The notes under the pieces are model-generated. The model was not told the DNA's origin and made no database searches. It saw nothing but the letters and a program-made list of their open reading frames with translations. From Eledone cirrhosa (lineage: Eukaryota), in assembly GCA_964016885.1 (NCBI GenBank), contig OZ024749.1:45322001-45386000 (forward strand): 64,000 nt of DNA, in the 5' to 3' direction. A program made the translations under genes and the position numbers. Of the stretch, positions 57,037 to 64,000 are shown piece by piece. Positions within the stretch are counted from its first letter, which is position 1; each line of letters opens with the position of its first letter.

Positions 57037-57073
<37 letters not shown>

Positions 57074-57963
57074 AATAGCTTTGGGACATATATTGCATGG
57101 TTTATACATGTTCACTCTAGGGTTTCAGCTGATAAATTTCTTAATATAAAAAAAAAATCTTTAAGTTGTGTTCAAATTTACAAGAATCAATTATTGTTGC
57201 AGCAAGATCAATTGATCCACGTTTTCTTAAGAAAAAGGAAAAAAAAAAGAACAGTAAAGCTATGGGTGAAACAGGAGTTAATCCTCACAAAGGGGAATCA
57301 AGTGGCATGTTTCAATCTCGTATGACCCCTATCTACTTAACATTTTGTTTCGATATATGCAAATAGTAAAGGTGAAGACGAATTGATCGTGGCTTATATG
57401 AAGCAATAACATTTTGAGACAACGTATCATTTTTCACTCACTACTGCATTGTCTAAATATTTAATCTTTTATAGCAGTAAGTTATAAAACATATAATATA
57501 TATTTCAATATTATGATGAAAGAAAATTATTCAAATTTTATCAAGCTTTTATTTAATAAGACTTTCTTGACCCACCTATATATATAGACATATACTCTGT
57601 CATAATATATCTATTTGGCTCAATTACCTATCCTATGAAAAATAATACAATGCTTTACACGCTGTGTGAAATGCATAAATGTTACACGCTTGACTGTTAG
57701 TATCAAGTGTTCACCCCTTAGAGATATGCATGAAATTACTTTGCAACAGAGAGAAGACACATACATATATGAATTTACATATATATACATATGTATTGGA
57801 AATGGCAGCAATGCAAGGACAAACAACACAGTAAAACGAAGCGATATATTAGCTTAAAGATTGATATAGATATATTTTGAATGTGGGCAGGTAGATATTT
57901 ATATAGACATATACGAATATATATCTGTCTCTTTCTCCTCCTCCTCTCTCTCTCTCTCTCTCC

Positions 57964-58017
<54 letters not shown>

Positions 58018-58020
<3 letters not shown>

Positions 58021-58201
58021 CGTTTCTACTTTTGGCACAAGGCCAGCAATTATCCCAGTGTATTACTGGCACTTTATTTTACCGACACCGTAAGGATGAA
58101 AGGCAAAGTTAACCTCGGTGGAATTTGATCTCAGACCATAAGGGGCCGTAATTCTTTCCTGGAAAGCATGGTGTAAGACCCTCTACCGATACTACCAATC
58201 C
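58018..58201 (-). mobile_element. tRNA-derived SINE family B (short)
   Basis: Reverse complement closely matches the 47066 copy. Confidence 0.9.
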
Positions 58202-59055
58202 AAATGTCTAAAAGACAGGTGAAAACTTATCGTGGCTATGTTACCATCGTTATCGGCGTCCATTTGTTTATTAAGGTCACGTGCTGGAGTCCACATTTAA
58301 ACATAAACTCATATTTAAAAAAATAATTTTACGTAATATGATCAGTTTCTAACAAACAAAATATAGAACATAATTCCATTTTGATATGGGTTTTGCCGTC
58401 TCATACATGTCTTCGTATTGTTAGCAATTTATTGGCTCTTCCTTTACTTTCACAGAAGTGAATTTTAGTTATTAAATCAACAGACATATTGACTCATTTT
58501 ATTAATATTAAAGGGCTATGTATTTCCCAGAAATTTGTTTATTCTGGCAGATCATATTGGGCACGCATACATAGACATCAATGCCCCCCCCCCCCCACGC
58601 ACACACACATAACGCTTACTCACAGACAAATACCTAGTGATAGATAAATACACAAAAATGATTTCTTTTACAAGATTTCTCAATATAAAATTCATAATAA
58701 TATGCAAACGGCTGTATTTGAACGAAAATATATCTAAAATTGTTTTATGTCTGATAAATATATGTGGAACTTAGACAATGATTTCTGCCGCAAGCCTTGA
58801 CGGAAGGGGTACACTATAGCTAATTATATTTTTCTCTAAATCTGAATGTAGAATATTTAATTTCTTTCTAAACATAAATCAATAACAAATCATATTAAGT
58901 GAGGTCAATATTATCGATGGAAAGGACATAGCAATATAGTAACATAGAAGTGTTGATAAACTTGCTTCAAGATGTTCGAGTAAAAAATGTGTCTATATGA
59001 ATATATATATATATACATATATGTCTGCGTATGTGCCTGTATGTGCCTAAGTTTG

Positions 59056-59098
<43 letters not shown>

Positions 59099-59349
59099 CA
59101 AGAGAGAGAAATAGAGTGAGTGAGTAAGCGAGAGAGAGAGAGAGAGAGAGATAGAGAAAAGAGAGGTTTAAAGGCGAGGAAGCTTTAAGTATGTAGAGAT
59201 AAAAAGAAATATAGAAAATATAGAATATGAAATACAGTAAAACTAAATGTAGAATAACAAAAAATATAATAAAACCTCAAAAAATAAGGCAAGAATATAC
59301 GTCACTAGAAAAAAGAAAAAAACAAAGAAGTATTAATAGCCAGGAAAAC

Positions 59350-59760
59350 CTAAAATAATCTTTAAAATAAATTTACCCCCACTAAAATGCATAACAATGA
59401 CAGAATAATGTTGCTTTTCATATTCAAATTTTATATTAAGTTGTCCCAACCTCAACGCCATCATATCTACACAGAATATTTCCATCAAAGAGATTACATA
59501 ATAGATATATTCTAAGGTGGTTATGTTTTTTTTTCTCAATAATTTTTAAATAAGAATGATACCATCAACATAATGTTGTAGACACAAAACAATGCGAAGA
59601 AAATGTAGATAGAAAAAATAGTTTAAACATAGGAACACAGAAAAAAACAATAGCAAATTTAAATAAAAAAAAAAGCTCAGGAAATTATGTTCTTCATGCT
59701 CAGTTAACGAAGAGATGTTTAAATGATATATCCATTATACACTAAAGCTATATCAATTTC
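59350..59760 (-). pseudogene. Decayed Penelope-type RT core fragment
   Basis: Ordered remnants MDISFKHLFVN (cf. FDVxSLFTN), QHYVDGII (cf. YxQxDGxxMG), QLNIKFEYEKQ (cf. HPNIKFTxExE). Confidence 0.45.
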
Positions 59761-59925
59761 ATCACAAAGCAATGTGAGTAGTTTGATATCAAGTACATAT
59801 GGTTTGGTGGAGGATTGGAATTATTTCGCTGTTAAAATTTTACAGATTGTTTGACGATAAAGTTGAAATGTATCGTTCATATCACATAGAGAGATATGAA
59901 ATGAAATATATATATACAAACATAC

Positions 59926-60071
<146 letters not shown>

Positions 60072-60455
60072 ATACACACACACACTCACACATATATATA
60101 TATATATATATTATTCATATATATGTGTACGTGTATATTTATTTGAATATATATATATGTATGTATATTGATTTTAACATTTTCAGGGAAACACACTCTA
60201 CAAGCTATTTACGAATTATTGTTTGCGCTTTTAGTTTTTGTAACACTTTAACTGTATATATTTATGTATGCAAGTATGTATGTGTGTATGCATGTATGTA
60301 TGTATATATGTATGTAGGTACGTATGTATAACGGTAAGAAACATATCCTACAAAAATAAAATGAACAATTATTCCTAACTAGATCTTTCTTTTAGCTAAA
60401 TATTACACCGATAAGAATATGTATATATACATTACTTACCTATATATATATGTAG

Positions 60456-60496
<41 letters not shown>

Positions 60497-60948
60497 AAAA
60501 TGTAATCTTATCGATTAATGTATGTTTTCTATATTGGGGCGACATCTTATTTAGGATAACATCAACAACACTTCAATACACCAAACATCTCTTGTGATAT
60601 AATTTCATCTCCTCGCTGAATAATGTGTCATAGTATGAAAATTACTAGTTTCATCAGTTCACTTAAATCTTTCTATCATTTTATTATTATTTTTTCGATC
60701 ATTACATTTATGTTGTATTTGCTGATGTTGTTGAAATATATGAATATATATGTTTTCATAATGCATTACTTGTATGTATGTATCTATGTATGTATCTATG
60801 TATGTATCTATGCATGTATATATTGGGCGGGGGCAGGAAAACTACGAAGGCAATAAAAATATTTACCGATATAATTTTCTTTTTTTTGTAAAGATGGAGG
60901 ATGGAGTGTCGTAATGAGATTATAAAGCAAGGAAAACTGTTATATATT

Positions 60949-61086
<138 letters not shown>

Positions 61087-61964
61087 TATATATATCTCAT
61101 AATTTAAGCGAAATTATATCGTTTTTGAAGCATATACTGAGACTGGAGTGTGATTTAAATAGTATCGTATGCAATAGTAGAAGAAAGTTTCTAGTTAATA
61201 CACATGAAACATATATCATATATCCTGTATAATATCCTGTCACCAAGCACATTCTCTTTCGTATTAGGCTTCAAGTGCAAAAAAATTGCTCTGCCTGCGT
61301 CTTGCATAAGAGATCTCAGGGGTGTTTGCTGTTTATATGAACTGTAGCATATAAATATGTACGATGCTACAATATCCACAATATGAACAAATCAAATACT
61401 TACAATTTGGTAATTCTATATAAAAAAGTAGAATTAACATTAAAATATTGAAGTCTGTGGAGGTTTTTAAAGCCTATTTCATAAGTTTCTTTTCATGTTT
61501 CCCTAATTTTATATCATAGACGGTCTTTAAGTAGCTGTGATATGCTACAGCCCCCATCACTATAAAGACCTATACCGATTGTAAGGAATTTTTTTTAATG
61601 TGTCTAGGTTACAGTGACTTACAAGAGGACATTTTTCTCTGCTGATTCACATTGTGCTGAAATGTAGGTACTTTCTGAATGAACGGTGTAACGTCATGAT
61701 GTGGACTGATGTTATCTCCAGTGAAACGACTTCTCTAAATACGAATGTCTATGCAATCAACTCTAAATATTGTACTTTCACGCTAAATTTTAGTGTGGAG
61801 AGTTGACAGGTCTGTATATTTTATCGATAAAAAGTTTATATATTTACAGACTATATTTACATGTTGCGTACTGGAAATAGATAAACAGTTGGAAACGTAT
61901 GTGCCGAGAATAGTCTTAAGTAAACTATATCCAGCTGAAGCATTCCTACTGAAAAAATTATATG

Positions 61965-61996
<32 letters not shown>

Positions 61997-62699
61997 TATA
62001 TCCGTGTCTGCATGTTTTTGTGAATGTGTGTGTGCATGTTTGTACGTATGTGTGCGTATGTGTTGGTGTATGTGTGTCAGTGTTCATGATTTTGAAATAG
62101 TTGAAACTTTCTGGCAACTAAATCAGAATTGTTCATATGTGAAAGAACTTTACTATAAATTTGAGTAATTATTCTTTTTTACATTAATGATAAACGGAAA
62201 GGCCCGTGATTTAAATACTGGACAGTGACATACTAAGCATAATGAAACAAAGGTTAAAAAATATATCATATAGTTTTGTCAGATTAATTATATACAAGAA
62301 ACTATTAAGTCAAGCTATATGTCAAAACAGTTATTTGAGAGAAAAAATAATGAAAACAAGAAATTAAATTTTGTCACGTTCTAGAGAAGCCTGTATTATA
62401 GGACACAGTAAATTTTCTAACTCTGGATTTACTGTTTGATCTCGTGTCAACCTATATTCGCCTACTTGAAGGCGATGACACTCTCCGATCAACATCACAA
62501 AATGCCCTGAGAAAATTATAATAGATTTTTGTAGGCATATCTAGTGTTGTATGTATGAAAGACACAAGACGAAGTAAAATGCTTTATTAAAAATACAATG
62601 TAATTGCAGCGGCTATTCTAAAACAAGTTCAATTCAGTAGACGTTAATTACTATTTATTTATTTACTTATTTATTTATATATTTTTTATTCTATAATTT

Positions 62700-62970
62700 G
62701 TCGTTCACTACCGGTTTCCAGCTGGTCAGTCATAGGGTCACAGTGTTTCTGACTGTGAGTGCGAATCCGGTTTGAATATGTCTCTCCGGTTGAACAAATA
62801 CAAAGCAGAGTCTTTCCTGATTCGAATGCGCATTTTGTACTTTCATCATTTCTTTCTATTACGGCATGTACCGGACTGATGTGTCTCCAGACTCGAGAGA
62901 GATATTCAGGCCAATGACATCTTCAGATATGTCTCAAGATATAGGCTTCCGAGAAATGTTCCTGCGATCT
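62700..62970 (-). mobile_element. Possible RTE LINE 3' end, decayed
   Basis: C-terminal zinc-finger-like remnant (…HSQKH) followed on the minus strand by an (AAAT)n-like tail. Confidence 0.3.
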
Positions 62971-63196
62971 AGTAGGTAGATTTAATTAGTGTACACGAGC
63001 GAATCTACTACCAATAACAAACACAGTAAGTGTATTGAAACTGTAGCTCTCGGCATCCGAGACCACAAACACCTGTGGTGCTTTCACCTTAATCAACAAG
63101 CATATTCACACTCACATGTCACACTTCTCATACCTGATTTCCTTCAAATAATTGTCCACACGAGGCTTCGGATATATAACACACACACACACAGAC

Positions 63197-63294
<98 letters not shown>

Positions 63295-63309
63295 CGAGTT
63301 CTCACTGTG

Positions 63310-63700
63310 ATGAACCTACAGTTATTGGACCTTACAATCCCTATATATATATATGATTGATCAATATAATCGTGTATTGATCAAAATTATTTTTAACATC
63401 TCTGCTTTTATTGACGTTAGTTGAGCTGACTTATATACCTTGCGGAGAGCTATTTTTAGCATTTCTGTTAAGTCACCTGTTTCCTACAACATAAGCGTCA
63501 TTATTCATGTGTTTTCACAGTTTGTGATTTGACTGCAATGTCTGTCAGCTGGAGCTATTTGAATATAATAAGATGCTGCCGACTGAGGATGACCTAACCT
63601 TTTAATTATGCTTTTTTTAAGTTAATAATGGCAATCGGCATTATTTCTTGTGAGATCGAATCGGAGATCTATGTCTTAAGAATCGGTATTTAGCATCTTC
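63310..63700 (-). pseudogene. Decayed Penelope-type RT N-terminal fragment
   Basis: IAPADR…MNNDAYV (cf. IxPADKG…MxxxDY) followed by frameshifted GL-KVQ (cf. YGLPKVHK). Confidence 0.4.
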
Positions 63701-63923
63701 ATATAAGTTAATTGATTATTTTCTCGCTTTTCTTGTGCTTATATATATATATATATATATATATATACGTATTGTCATGGATACGTTTAGGTAATATTAT
63801 CTGATGTGCACGCTTTGACTGACTCTCTTTACAACCGTTCTGTCATCGAACAACTGCAGAGGAATATGATCGATATTACTAAGTATCGATCAAAATTACT
63901 CTAATATATATATATACATACAT

Positions 63924-63956
<33 letters not shown>

Positions 63957-63960
<4 letters not shown>

Positions 63961-64000
63961 TTAAAATAACAGATTAAATATTTGCTCTACGGTTCTTATA
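63957..64000. mobile_element. Family C mini fold-back (runs off window)
   Basis: tttattaaaataacagatta fused to aatatttgctctacggttcttata. Confidence 0.8.

Noticed and set aside
61191-61379. Possible GIY-YIG remnant (YIFICYSSYKQQT)
   Set aside because: Similarity too weak, and position inconsistent with the flanking RT fragments

Overview
Very AT-rich eukaryotic (animal) DNA dominated by microsatellites, intronic or intergenic in character. The SINE families resemble those described from octopods, so a cephalopod (Octopus-like) source is inferred but not proven. No intact protein-coding gene is visible, and almost all listed ORFs are microsatellite read-through artefacts. The window holds many tRNA-derived SINE copies, RTE-clade LINE fragments, decayed Tc1/mariner and Sola-like transposases, two mariner MITEs and decayed Penelope RT fragments. 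The most striking signal is at least six unrelated short repeat families. They sit in (TA)n tracts, mostly form asymmetric head-to-head fold-backs (one arm has a 55-100 bp tail the other lacks), and carry manually foldable type I hammerhead ribozyme (HHR) motifs, sometimes on both strands of one palindrome. Several have unusual cores (family-fixed CAGAAGA; U.U closing stem II). This matches Penelope-like pseudo-LTR/retrozyme biology, and two families may be fixed-length non-autonomous ribozyme elements. A weak candidate promoter and first exon lies on the minus strand at about 22.5-23.1 kb. All folds and translations were done by eye and coordinates of decayed elements are approximate.
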